Notes under the pieces: model-generated | The model's database searches: none | What the model was told of the DNA's origin: nothing | The model's input: only the letters and a program-made list of their open reading frames with translations | Source of the DNA: Macrostomum lignano | Taxonomy: Eukaryota | DNA length: 64,000 bases | Assembly: GCA_002269645.1 (NCBI GenBank) | Contig: NIVC01000814.1 | Location: 62,001 to 126,000 of the forward strand | Reading direction: 5' to 3' | Program-made: the position numbers and the translations under genes | Shown: positions 26,901-39,520 of the stretch, piece by piece | How the letters are laid out: each line of letters begins with the position of its first letter | Numbering within the stretch: position 1 is the stretch's first letter

Positions 26901-29900
26901 CTTAATCCTGATCCCCAAATATGGGATTAGAGATGCAATTCCCAGTGTCTTAATCCTGATCCCCAAATATAGGATTAGAGATGCAATTCCCAGTGTCTTA
27001 ATCCTGATCCCCAAATATGGGATTAGAGATGCAATTCCTAGTGTCTAAATCCTGATCCCCAAATATGGGATTAGAGATGCAATTCCCAGTGTCTTAATCC
27101 TGATCCCCAAATATGGGATTAGAGGTGCAATTTCCAGTGTCTTAATCCTGATCCCCAAATATGGGATTAGAGATGCAATTCCCAGTGTCTTAATCCTGAT
27201 CCCCAAATATGGGATTAGAGATGCAATTCCCTGTGTCTTAATCCTGATCCCCAAATATGGGATTAGAGATGCAATTCCCAGTGTCTTAATCCTGATCCCC
27301 AAATATGGGATTAGAGATGCAATTCCCAGTTTCCTGACCCTCATCCCCAAATATAGGATTAGAGATGCAATTCCCAGTGCAGGCATTTCAAATCCCTACT
27401 CTTATTCTTACAACACAATGTCTCACAGAGCCAGGGTCCGCGCCTCAGCAGTGAAGACTCTCAACGCCTGTTAGACCGACTGCTGCTTGAAAAAGAAACC
27501 ATGGCAACGGAGCTAAACCAGCTTCGTCAGCAGCAGCAGCAACAGAGGCCTGTAGGAGGACAATTTCCCTCTGGAAGAGCCCTGGAGCGGCAGCAGCAGC
27601 AGCAGTACGCTACACTGCCAGAGTATGATCCTGAGAATCCGTCTGCTTTGAAGAGACGTATTGGTAAGTAAAGATGTTGCAGTATTTATTTATTAATTAT
27701 TGTACATGAATTATTAGCTATTATTCGCTTATGAGCAACTTGTGTCACTATGAGTTTTAGTTTCATTGTGTGAACTGTCTAGCATTGGCTGCAATCGATT
27801 CTGGTCATACAGATTAGCCTACAACCGATTCTGGTCATATAGATTATCTCACAGTCGATTCTGGTCATACATATTAGCTTACAATCGATTCTGGTCATAG
27901 AGATTATCTCACAATCGATTCTGGTCATAGAGATTATCTCACAATCGATTCTGGTCATACAGATTAGCTTACAATCGATCCTATGATAAGACTCACTCAC
28001 CTTAATTTTTGTGTCCAGTGGACTTGGAGCAGCAAATCTTGGATCTGCAAGAAGCCAACGAGACTCTCAAGTTGGCCTCCTCTCCAGTTGACAGCGGCGC
28101 CAGTGGCGGCGCCAGAGTGGCGCCAACCGTGGCCGAGAACCGACTGCGCGCCAGACTGGACCAGGTCACGGTTGAAAACGAAGCCTTGAAAAATGAGGTG
28201 CGTTAACAAAGAATCGCCCTTTCAAATGATCTAAAAGTACGAGTATAAGCCCTTTAAATAATCTTTTGAAACTAATTAGATGACGAAGCATTTAACTGTT
28301 TTGCATAAGGTATAGTTACTCTCGCCGTCTACTCAAAAAAGTTTGCTTTAGGATTTACCTAAATGATTTGTTGGTTTCCTATAATTACAGTTATAATTAT
28401 AGCAAATAAATAAACTACTAATTTGAAATCTTCTATTCAAGTTAAACCGACTGCGTCAGCAACGAGAGCAGCCGGACATGGAATTTATCCGAGCCGAACT
28501 TGACAGTCTCCGAGCCGAGTTAGACGTGCTTCGCGACCGGAACTACCAGTTGGAACGAGAGAATCGACGCCTATTGGAGACCGGAAGTCCGTTCTTTGCA
28601 GCAGATCCCTACGGACTTGCCGGTAAATTCTAGTTTTTTGGTTTTATAATATGTATTTTGCTTCAATATTCTTTTCTGTCTACTATAAGTAGGGTTTTGA
28701 GCTAAATTCAAGCTTTTTTTAGTTTTTTTGACATTCATTAAACCTAGCAAGGTATTAGATGGATTTAACACATACTGAGATTGCCTAATTTTTGTACATG
28801 TGCATGAAGCTAACATTGTGGTACACATGACAACAATTGTGACACATGACAACAATTGTGACACATGACAACAATTGTGACACATGACAACAATTGTGAC
28901 ACATGACAACAATTGTGACACATGACAACAATTGTGACACATGACAACAATTGTGACACATGACAACAATTGTGACACATGACAACAATTGTGACACATG
29001 ACAACAATATTGACACATGACAACAACTGTGACACATGATAATTATGACACATGACAACAATATTGACACATGACAACAATTGTGACACACGACAACAAT
29101 ATTGACACATGACAACAATTGTGACACATGACAACAATATTGACACATGACAACAATTGTGACACATGACAACAATTGTGACACATGACAACAATTGTGG
29201 CACACGACAACAATATTGACACATGACAACAATTGTGACACATGATATTTATGACACACGACAACAATATTGACACATGATAACAATTGTGACACATGAT
29301 AATTATGACACACGACAACAATATTGACACATGACAACAATATTGACACATGACAACAACTGTGACACATGATAATTATGACACATGACAACAATATTGA
29401 CACATGACAACAATTGTGACACATGACAACAATATTGACACATGACAACAATTGTGACACATGACAACAATATTGACACATGACAACAATATTGACACAT
29501 GACAACAACTGTGACACATGATAATTATGACACATGACAACAATATTGACACATGACAACAATTGTGACACATGACAACAATATTGACACATGACAACAA
29601 TTGTGACACATGACAACAATATTGACACATGACAACAATATTGACACATGACAACAACTGTGACACATGATAATTATGACACATGACAACAATATTGACA
29701 CATGACAACAATTGTGACACATGACAACAATATTGACACATGACAACAATTGTGACACATGACAACAATTGTGACACATGACAACAATATTGACACATGA
29801 CAACAATATTGACACATGACAACAATTGTGACACATGACAACAATATTGACACATGACAACAATATTGACACATGATAATTATGACACATGACAACAATA

Positions 29901-30139
29901 TTGACACATGACAACAATTGTGACACATGACAACAATATTGACACATGACAACAATTGTGACACATGATAATTATGACACATGACAACAATTGTGACACA
30001 CGAAAACAATCCCTCGCCTGATAAAAATGGCATTTTTGCGGATCCGTGCACCCGCAATCAGGTGGATTTTCGTCAGACAATCCATACAGACTGTTAGTTG
30101 AACGGTCAGGCGCACAGCCAAGAGTCAGAGACATTTTTA

Positions 30140-30170
<31 letters not shown>

Positions 30171-33100
30171 GCAGCAGCAGCAGTCTGTTGAACATCAGCA
30201 ACAGTTCCTTCAGCACAGATCAGACGTTGATCGATACGATCGAATGATTGATCGATTTATGGCCGATACAGCAGTTTGTGAGCTGTTGTTTTTTCATGGC
30301 GCTTTTTTTTCTCAACCTTTAAATATTGGTGTTGTATTTGTGCGCTGCTATGTCACTTTAACTTGGGTCTTTGGCACTTATTATTGAACTCTTGCTGTTG
30401 CTACTTACTGTCCCTGGCGTCCCTGGCATCCCTGGCATCCCTGGCGTCCTTGGTGTCCCTGGCGTCTCTGGTATCCCTGGAGTCCCTGGTGTTTGGCTTC
30501 TCTGGTATCCCTGGAGTCCCTGGTGTCTGGCTTCTCTGGTATCCCTGGAGTCCCTGGTGTCTGGCTTCTCTGGTATCCCTGGAGCCCCTGGCGTCCCTGG
30601 AGTCCCTGGAATCTCTGGCATCCCTGGCGTCCTTGTTGTCTCTGGTATCCCTGGAGTCCCTGGAATCCCTGGCGTCCTTGGTGTTCCTGGCGTCCTTGGC
30701 ATCCCTGGTGTCCTTGACATCCCTGCTGTCCCTGGGATCCCTGGTGCCCCCCTGGTATCCCTGGTATATTACTTGCATCGACATTCTTGTTAAAATATTA
30801 CTAGTATTTTTGTAAATCTTTCTTTGAACTTGATATTTGCACAATTTTACATTTTGTTTAAACGAACCTTCAGCACCTAAATTACGCGCACAACTCTTTC
30901 TTGAAAGTTTATTTCTTTGCATTTATTTGCTTTCATTTTTCAAGCTTGATTAAATGCATTGTGCAGCTTTTCACTTTTTCTCGAGAGAATCACCCCCGAG
31001 AGAATCGCCCCAAGAGAATCACCCCCGAGAGAATCGCCCCCAACGCCCCAAGAGAATCGCCCCCAAGAGAAACGCCCCCAAGAGAATCGCCCCCGAGAGA
31101 ATCGCCCGCAAGAGAATCATCCCCGAGTGAATCGCCCCCAAAAGAATCGCCCCCGAGAGAATCGCCCCCAAGAGAATCGCCCCGAGAAAATCGCCCCCAA
31201 GAGAATCGCCCCCGAGAGAATCGCCCCCGAGAGAATCGCCCCTGAGAGAATCGCCCTCGAGAGAATCACCCCCGAGAGAATCGCCCCAAGAGAATCAACC
31301 CCGAGAGAATCGCCCCCCGAGAGAATCGCCCCCAAGAGAATCGCTCCCAATAGAATCGCCCCCAAGAAAATCGCCCCCAAGAGAATCGCCCCGAGAGAAT
31401 CACCCCCGAGAGAATCGCCCCCAAGAGAATAGCCCCAAGAAAATTGCCCCCGAGAAAATCGCCCCAAGAGAATCGCCTCCCAAGAGAATCGCCCCCGAGA
31501 GAATCGCCCCCAAGAGAATCGCCTCCCAAGAGAATCGCCCCCGAGAGAATCGCCCCAAGAGAATCACCCCCGAGTGAATCGCCTCCCAAAAGAATCGCCC
31601 CCGAGAGAATCGCCTCCCAAGAGAATCGCCCCGAGAGAATCGCCCCCAAGAGAATCGCCTCCCAAGAGAATCGCCTCCCAAGAGAATCGCCCCCAAGAGA
31701 ATCGCCTCCCAAGAGAATCGCCCCCGAGAGAATCGCCCCAAGAGAATCACCCCCGAGTGAATCGCCTCCCAAGAGAATCGCCTCCCAAGAGAATCGCCCC
31801 AAGAGAATCACCCCCGAGTGAATCGCTCCCAAGAGAATCGCCCCAAAGAGAAACGCCCCCAAGAGAATCGCCCCGAGAAAATCGCCCCAAGAGAATCGCC
31901 CCCGAGAGAATCGCCCCCAAGAAAATCGCCCCCAAGAGAATCGCCCCCAAGAGAATCGCCCCCGAGAGAATCGCCCCCAAGAAAATTGCCCCCGAGAAAA
32001 TCGCCCCAAGAGAATCGCCTCCCAAGAGAATCGCCCCCGAGAGAATCGCCCCCGAGAGAATCGCCTCCCAAGAGAATCGCCCCCGAGAGAATCTCAATAA
32101 AAGAAGAAATCACAATTTGCCAAACCACACAGATGCCAATAACCCTGCGCTAGCATCGATACCAACAACAGGCAGCTCAAATCAGTTTTTATACAATGAC
32201 GATCGGCAGCATGAATTCGAACCGGAGACTCGTCCTTACTACGGCTCCCTAGGCCGGTCGCCCCAGCCTCATCAGCCTCATCATCGGCAGCAACGCCAGT
32301 CGAGAATTGGCGATAAGATGCGCCACTCCTTGGACTCAGAGCAGCGGCAGCAGCGGCAGCAGCAGCAGCGGAACAGCAGGAGGCCGGCCAATCACGGACG
32401 CCAAGCAGAACGTTCCATAGTCTATGGCAGCCATCAGCAGCCGCCTGCGGCTTGGCGAAACGGTCGATCAGCTTCTTACACTAGCAACGGCGGGACAAGC
32501 GATTCTGACGAGGACGATCGGACTAACGATCTGCTTCTCTACGGAGCTGATGGGAAGGCGGCGGCCACGGCGGCTCCAGCTAGACGGCCGGGTCAGCATC
32601 AAGATACTGCTGGGGCAGGCTATTTTGTTGATAGAAGCTGTGAGTGAGAAATGCTGATGGCTTTTTCTAAGGTTTCGGAGGATTGATCCTGAGGTTTCGG
32701 AGGATTGATCCTGAGGTTTCGGATGATTGATGATCCTGAGGTTTGGAATGATTGATCCTGAGGTTTGGGATGATTGATGATCCTGAGGTTTGGGATGATT
32801 GATCCTGAGGTTTGGGATGATTGATGATCCTGAGGTTTGGGATGATTGATCCTGAGGTTTGGGATGATTGATGATCCTGAGGTTTGGGATGATTGATCCT
32901 GAGGTTTGGGATGATTGATGATCCTGAGGTTTGGGATGATTGATGATCCTGAGGTTTGGAATGATTGATCCTGAGGTTTGGGATGATTGATGATCCTGAG
33001 GTTTGGGATGATTGATCCTGAGGTTTGGGATGATTGATGATCCTGAGGTTTGGGATGATTGATCCTGAGGTTTGGGATGATTGATGATCCTGAGGTTTGG

Positions 33101-36100
33101 AATGATTGATCCTGAGGTTTGGAATGATTGATCCTGAGGTTTGGGATGATTGATCCTGAGGTTTGGAATGATTGATGATCCTGAGGTTTGGGATGATTGA
33201 TCCTGAGGTTTGGGATGATTGATGATCCTGAGGTTTGGGATGATTGATCCTGAGGTTTCGGATGATTGATCCTGAGGTTTCGGATGATTGATCCCGAGGT
33301 TTCGGATGATTGATGATCCTGAGGTTTGGGATGATTGATCCTGAGGTTTGGGATGATTGATGATCCTGAGGTTTCGGATGATTGATCCTGAGGTTTGGGA
33401 TGATTGATGATCCTGAGGTTTGGGATGATTGATCCTGAGGTTTGGAATGATTGATCCTGAGGTTTGGGATGATTGATGATCCTGAGGTTTGGGATGATTG
33501 ATCCTGAGGTTTGGGATGATTGATGATCCTGAGGTTTGGGATGATTGATCCTGAGGTTTGGGATGATTGATGATCCTGAGGTTTGGGATGATTGATCCTG
33601 AGGTTTCGGATGATTGATCCTGAGGTTTCGGATGATTGATCCCGAGGTTTCGGATGATTGATCCTGAGGTTTGGGATGATTGATGATCCTGAGGTTTGGG
33701 ATGATTGATCCTGAGGTTTGGGATGATTGATGATCCTGAGGTTTGGGATGATTGATCCTGAGGTTTGGGATGATTGATGATCCTGAGGTTTGGGATGATT
33801 GATCCTGAGGTTTGGGATGATTGATGATCCTGAGGTTTGGGATGATTGATCCTGAGGTTTCGGATGATTGATCCTGAGGTTTGGGATGATTGATCCTGAG
33901 GTTTGGAATGATTGATCCTGAGGTTTGGGATGATTGATGATCCTGAGGTTTGGGATGATTGATCCTGAGGTTTCGGATGATTGATCCTGAGGTTTCGGAT
34001 GATTGATCCCGAGGTTTCGGATGATTGATGATCCTGAGGTTTGGGATGATTGATCCTGAGGTTTGGGATGATTGATGATCCTGAGGTTTCGGATGATTGA
34101 TCCTGAGGTTTCGGATGATTGATCCTGAGGTTTGGAATGATTGATCCTGAGGTTTGGAATGATTGATCCTGAGGTTTGGGATGATTGATGATCCTGAGGT
34201 TTGGGATGATTGATCCTGAGGTTTCGGATGATTGATCCTGAGGTTTCGGATGATTGATCCGAGGTTTCGGATGATTGATGATCCTGAGGTTTGGGATGAT
34301 TGATCCTGAGGTTTGGGATGATTGATGATCCTGAGGTTTCGGATGATTGATCCTGAGGTTTCGGATGATTGATCCTGAGGTTTGGGATGATTGATCCTGA
34401 GGTTTGGAATGATTGATCCTGAGGTTTCGGATGATTGATCCTGGGGTTTGGGATGATTGATCCTGAGGTTTGGGATGATTGATCCTGAGGTTTGGAATGA
34501 TTGATGATCCTGAGGTTTGGAATGATTGATCCTGAGGTTTGGAATGATTGATGATCCTGAGGTTTCGGATGATTGATCCTGAGGTTTGGGATGATTGATC
34601 CTGAGGTTTCGGATGATTGATCCTGAGGTTTGGGATGATTGATCCTGAGGTTTGGGATGATTGATGATCCTGAGGTTTGGAATGATTGATGATCCTGAGG
34701 TTTGGAATGATTGATCCTGAGGTTTGGGATGATTGATGATCCTGAGGTTTCGGATGATTGATCCTGAGGTTTGGGATGATTGATCCTGGGGTTTGGGATG
34801 ATTGATGATCCTGAGGTTTGGAATGATTGATCCTGAGGTTTGGGATGATTGATGATCCTGAGGTTTGGGATGATTGATCCTGAGGTTTCGGATGATTGAT
34901 CCTGAGGTTTGGGATGATTGATGATCCTGAGGTTTGGGATGATTGATCCTGAGGTTTCGGATGATTGATCCTGAGGTTTCGGATGATTGATCCCGAGGTT
35001 TCGGATGATTGATGATCCTGAGGTTTGGGATGATTGATCCTGAGGTTTGGGATGATTGATGATCCTGAGGTTTCGGATGATTGATCCTGAGGTTTGGGAT
35101 GATTGATGATCCTGAGGTTTGGGATGATTGATCCTGAGGTTTTGAATGATTGATCCTGAGGTTTGGGATGATTGATGATCCTGAGGTTTGGGATGATTGA
35201 TCCTGAGGTTTCGGATGATTGATCCTGAGGTTTCGGATGATTGATCCCGAGGTTTCGGATGATTGATGATCCTGAGGTTTGGGATGATTGATCCTGAGGT
35301 TTGGGATGATTGATGATCCTGAGGTTTGGGATGATTGATCCTGAGGTTTGGGATGATTGATGATCCTGAGGTTTGGAATGATTGATCCTGAGGTTCGGAA
35401 TGATTGATCCTGAGGTTTGGGATGATTGATGATCCTGAGGTTTGGGATGATTGATCCTGAGGTTTCGGATGATTGATCCTGAGGTTTCGGATGATTGATC
35501 CCGAGGTTTCGGATGATTGATGATCCTGAGGTTTGGGATGATTGATCCTGAGGTTTGGGATGATTGATGATCCTGAGGTTTCGGATGATTGATCCTGAGG
35601 TTTCGGATGATTGATCCTGAGGTTTGGGATGCTTGATCCTGAGGTTTGGAATGATTGATCCTGAGGTTTCGGATGATTGATCCTGGGGTTTGGGATGATT
35701 GATCCTGAGGTTTGGGATGATTGCTCCTGAGGTTTGGAATGATTGATGATCCTGAGGTTTGGAATGATTGATGATCCTGAGGTTTGGAATGATTGATCCT
35801 GAGGTTTGGAATGATTGATCCTGAGGTTTCGGATGATTGATCCTGAGGTTTGGGATGATTGATCCTGAGGTTTGGGATGATTGATCCTGAGGTTTGGAAT
35901 GATTGATCCTGAGGTTTGGAATGATTGATGATCCTGAGGTTTCGGATGATTGATCCTGAGGTTTGGGATGATTGATCCTGAGGTTTGGGATGATTGATGA
36001 TCCTGAGGTTTGGGATGATTGATCCTGAGGTTTGGGATGATTGATGATCCTGAGGTTTGGGATGATTGATCCTGAGGTTTGGAATGATTGATCCTGAGGT

Positions 36101-38365
36101 TTGGGATGATTGATGATCCTGAGGTTTCGGATGATTGATCCTGAGGTTTGGAATGATTGATGATCCTGAGGTTTGGAATGATTGATGATCCTGAGGTTTG
36201 GAATGATTGATCCTGAGGTTTCGGATGATTGATGATCCTGAGGTTTGGGATGATTGATGATCCTGAGGTTTGGGATGATTGATCCTGAGGTTTGGAATGA
36301 TTGATGATCCTGAGGTTTGGAATGATTGATGATCCTGAGGTTTGGAATGATTGATCCTGAGGTTTCGGATGATTGATGATCCTGAGGTTTGGAATGATTG
36401 ATCCTGGGGTTTGGGATGATTGATCCTGAGGTTTGGGATGATTGATCCTGAGGTTTGGAATGATTGATGATCCTGAGGTTTGGAATGATTGATGATCCTG
36501 AGGTTTGGAATGATTGATCCTGAGGTTTCGGATGATTGATGATCCTGAGGTTTGGAATGATTGATCCTGGGGTTTGGGATGATTGATCCTGAGGTTTGGA
36601 ATGATTGATCCTGAGGTTTGGGATGATTGATGATCCTGAGGTTTGGGATGATTGATCCTGAGGTTTGGAATGATTGATCCTGAGGTTTGGAATGATTGAT
36701 CCTGAGGTTTGGAATGATTGATCCTGAGGTTTGGGATGATTGATGATCCTGAGGTTTGGGATGATTGATCCTGAGGTTTGGGATGATTGATCCTGAGGTT
36801 TGGAATGATTGATCCTGAGGTTTGGGATGATTGATGATCCTGAGGTTTTGGGTGGTATTTTTAACCCAAAAGGTATCATATCGACTGGAGTTTATATTCT
36901 CATTTGCTTTTCTTCTCCTAGCAGCAGCAACGGCAACATCAGGCAGGCAGCAGCGGCCCAGCTCAGCTACTCAGCATCAGCGCAGCCGCCAACGGGACAC
37001 CTCTGGCCAGCGTGCGATGGAGCCGCCCATTCAGCAGCAGCCGTTCGCCACCGCTGGTCGGCTGCCGTTCGCTCCAAAGCAGGCGGCCGACATCCGGTCT
37101 GGCGACCTCGTCAAATTCACTCGCTACGGCGGTCGGATCTCGAAGGGCCTGGTGCACTTTGTCGGCCGCCTGCCTGGCCGGACAGATTATTATGTCGGCA
37201 TTGAGCTGGACCAGGAGGAGGGCAAGCACGACGGGGTGTACGATGGCAGGCGCTATTTTCAGTGGTGAGGCAGCTGCCTGCCATATTATGCCCTTTGACT
37301 AGCCCCTAATTATCTTTGATCTACTTTAATGAGCCGCCAATTACCTGTTATCTAGGTACTTCAATGAGCCGCCAATTGCCTATGATCTAGGTAGTTTAAT
37401 GAGCCACCAATTACCTGTTATCTAGGTAGTTTAATGAGCCGCCAATTACCCAAATACCTGTCATCTAGGTACTTTAATGACCCACCAATTACCTGTTATC
37501 TAGGTAGTTTAATGAGCCGCCAATTACCCAATTACCTGTTATCTAGGTACTTTAATGAGCAGCTAATTACCTGTTATCTAGGTACTTTAATGACCCACCA
37601 ATTACCTGTTATCTAGGTACTTTAATGAGCAGCTAATTACCTGTTATCTAGGTACTTTAATGACCCACCAATTACCTGTTATCTAGGTAGTTTAATGAGC
37701 CGCCAATTACCCAAATACCTGTCATCTAGGTACTTTAATGAGCCGCCAATTGCCTGTTATCTAGGTAGTTTAATGAGCCGGCAATTACCCAAATACCTGT
37801 CATCTAGGTAGTTTAATGAGCCGCCAATTACCTGTTATCTAGGTAGTTTAATGAGCCGCCAATTATCCAATTACCTGTTATCTAGGTACTTTAATGAGCA
37901 GCTAATTACCTGTTATCTAGGTACTTTAATGACCCACCAATTACCTGTTATCTAGGTACTTTAATGAGCAGCTAATTACCTGTTATCTAGGTACTTTAAT
38001 GACCCACCAATTACCTGTTATCTAGGTACTTTAATGAGCAGCTAATTACCTGTTATCTAGGTACTTTAATGACCCACCAATTACCTGTTATCTAGGTAGT
38101 TTAATGAGCCGCCAATTACCCAAATACCTGTCATCTAGGTACTTTAATGAGCCGCCAATTGCCTGTTATCTAGGTAGTTTAATGAGCCGGCAATTACCCA
38201 AATACCTGTCGTCTATGTAGTTTAATGAGCCGCCAATTACCTGTTATCTATTTTTGACATACGCCACAAAGTCACTATTACTATTTTCACCTGAATTTCA
38301 GCAAGCCTCGCAAAGGTGTATTCGTGGCCTTCAACAAGCTAATTATGTGCTATCAGGCTGCCTAA
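23989..38365 (+). CDS. Coiled-coil protein with a single C-terminal CAP-Gly (microtubule-binding) domain, 9 coding exons
   Basis: Exons 23989-24540, 25534-25755, 27429-27663, 28019-28197, 28442-28622, 30062-30277, 32133-32639, 36922-37264 and 38302-38365, all GT-AG with matching phases. Coiled coil: VDLEQQILDLQEANETLK, IRAELDSLRAELDVLRDRNYQLERENRRL. CAP-Gly: GLVHFVGRLPGRTDYYVGIELDQEEGKHDGVYDGRRYFQCKPRKGVFV. The exon 2 acceptor is the least certain boundary. Confidence 0.85.
24675..25190. repeat. 16/20-bp minisatellite, CAP-Gly intron 1 (CTTCATATCTCCGACA[CACA])
   Basis: Direct inspection. Confidence 0.95.
25800..27380. repeat. 48-bp minisatellite, CAP-Gly intron 2 (ATCCTGATCCCCAAATATGGGATTAGAGATGCAATTCCCAGTGTCTTA)
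   Basis: About 33 copies; the ORF track shows a 16-aa period. Confidence 0.97.
27795..27975. repeat. 30-bp minisatellite, CAP-Gly intron 3
   Basis: CGATTCTGGTCATAGAGATTATCTCACAAT, about 6 copies. Confidence 0.9.
28815..30005. repeat. 19/16-bp minisatellite, CAP-Gly intron 5 (GACACATGACAACAATTGT / GACACATGACAACAATATT / GACACATGATAATTAT)
   Basis: About 60 interspersed variant units. Confidence 0.96.
30410..30765. repeat. 9-bp-period TCCCTGG repeat, CAP-Gly intron 6
   Basis: Repeated TCCCTGG(C/A/T)G words. Confidence 0.9.
30985..32095. repeat. 13-15-bp GAGAATCGCCCC minisatellite, CAP-Gly intron 6
   Basis: Direct inspection; ends just before the acceptor at 32132. Confidence 0.95.
32670..36850. 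repeat. 4.2-kb 22/25-bp minisatellite, CAP-Gly intron 7 (GATCCTGAGGTTTGGGATGATT[GAT])
   Basis: About 180 units; source of the spurious 1419-aa minus-strand ORF. Confidence 0.98.
37325..38250. repeat. About 35-bp minisatellite, CAP-Gly intron 8 (TACCTGTTATCTAGGTACTTTAATGAGCCGCCAAT)
   Basis: Direct inspection. Confidence 0.95.
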
Positions 38366-39124
38366 AAGACGGCTCAAAAATTGTTTTAAATTAAAACAAA
38401 CAATTTTCTTTGAATTTCATTTTTAAAGTACATTCCAACAATTTGTGTTGTTTTTTCTGTCTGTGATTAAGTCATGAATATTTCAAAAACTGTACCGGAT
38501 CTTTAAAAATTAATTAATTAAAGCTATTATAATAAGGCCCTTCAATATGTCTTCCGTGTTAAAAGGTGTTCATTGTTAATATTAGTTTTCAAATCTGAAA
38601 TTGGTCCAATGCCATGACTTTGTGCTGAGCACACCCTGTTAATTAAGCAACAAATTTTTATTCCAAGAACGAAACACTGAGAAGCGAGGCGAATTGTCGG
38701 AAACACAGCTGAGCTGTTGATGTTAAAAACAATTTTTAACTGCCTCTTCTTTTTTTCCTAATGCCTAGATTTGATTAAAAGTTTTTTTTTAATATTATGT
38801 AAATTTATTAGCGAATATTTCAAACTATTAAATGATTTTTTTTCTTTCTGTATTTGTTTATTATATTGAATTCTGTTTTGTTATAATCTTTTTTCTCAAG
38901 CATTATATAATATTTACAATAAAAATTTGAATTTTGATTCCGTCCTTTAATATCGTTGAATTTTTTGTCTAGTTTAATTTTCCTCTGAAAAAAAGTAAAT
39001 ATATTTATTATAAATATTTCAATTTTTTGTCACTAGCTATATCTCTTTCTAAATTAAGAACGACTACAAAATCAATTTACTTACTGACTTACTTTAGGGG
39101 GGCCTCATTCGAATTCTGCCGGCT

Positions 39125-39470
39125 ACTAGGCGCCCCTCTCTAAAATTAGGCGCCCCTCTCTAAAATTAGGCGCCCCTCTCTAAAATTAGGCGCCCCTCTC
39201 TAAAATTATGCTCCCCTCCTTTAGATTAGGGGCCCCCTTTCTGAGATTAGGCGCCCTTCCTTTAGATTAGGGGCCCCCTTTCTAAGATTAGGCACCCCTC
39301 TCTAAGATTAGGCGCTGCTCGTTAATTAGGCGCCCTCTCTAAGATTAGGCGCCCCTTTTTAGTCGCTCCTCCCGTAGATTAGGCGCCCCTCTATAAGATC
39401 AGGCGCCGCTCGTTAAGATTAGGCGCCCCTCTTTAAGGTTAGGCGCCCCTCTCTAAGATTAGGCGCCCCC
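39125..39470. repeat. 20-bp GGCGCC-core minisatellite (TAGGCGCCCCTCTCTAAAAT) upstream of the DHFR-like gene
   Basis: About 16 units. Confidence 0.9.
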
Positions 39471-39520
39471 CAAACTACTGTGTATCTGAGTCTATTTTTC
39501 GTTTATTCCAGCACCTCTGC

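Noticed and set aside
32620-36879. 1419-aa minus-strand ORF and other long repetitive ORFs (13491-14330, 26133-27386, 28571-30134, 52947-55589, 60454-61125)
   Set aside because: They coincide exactly with tandem arrays whose units lack stops, and most lie inside introns defined by phase-consistent splice sites of real genes.
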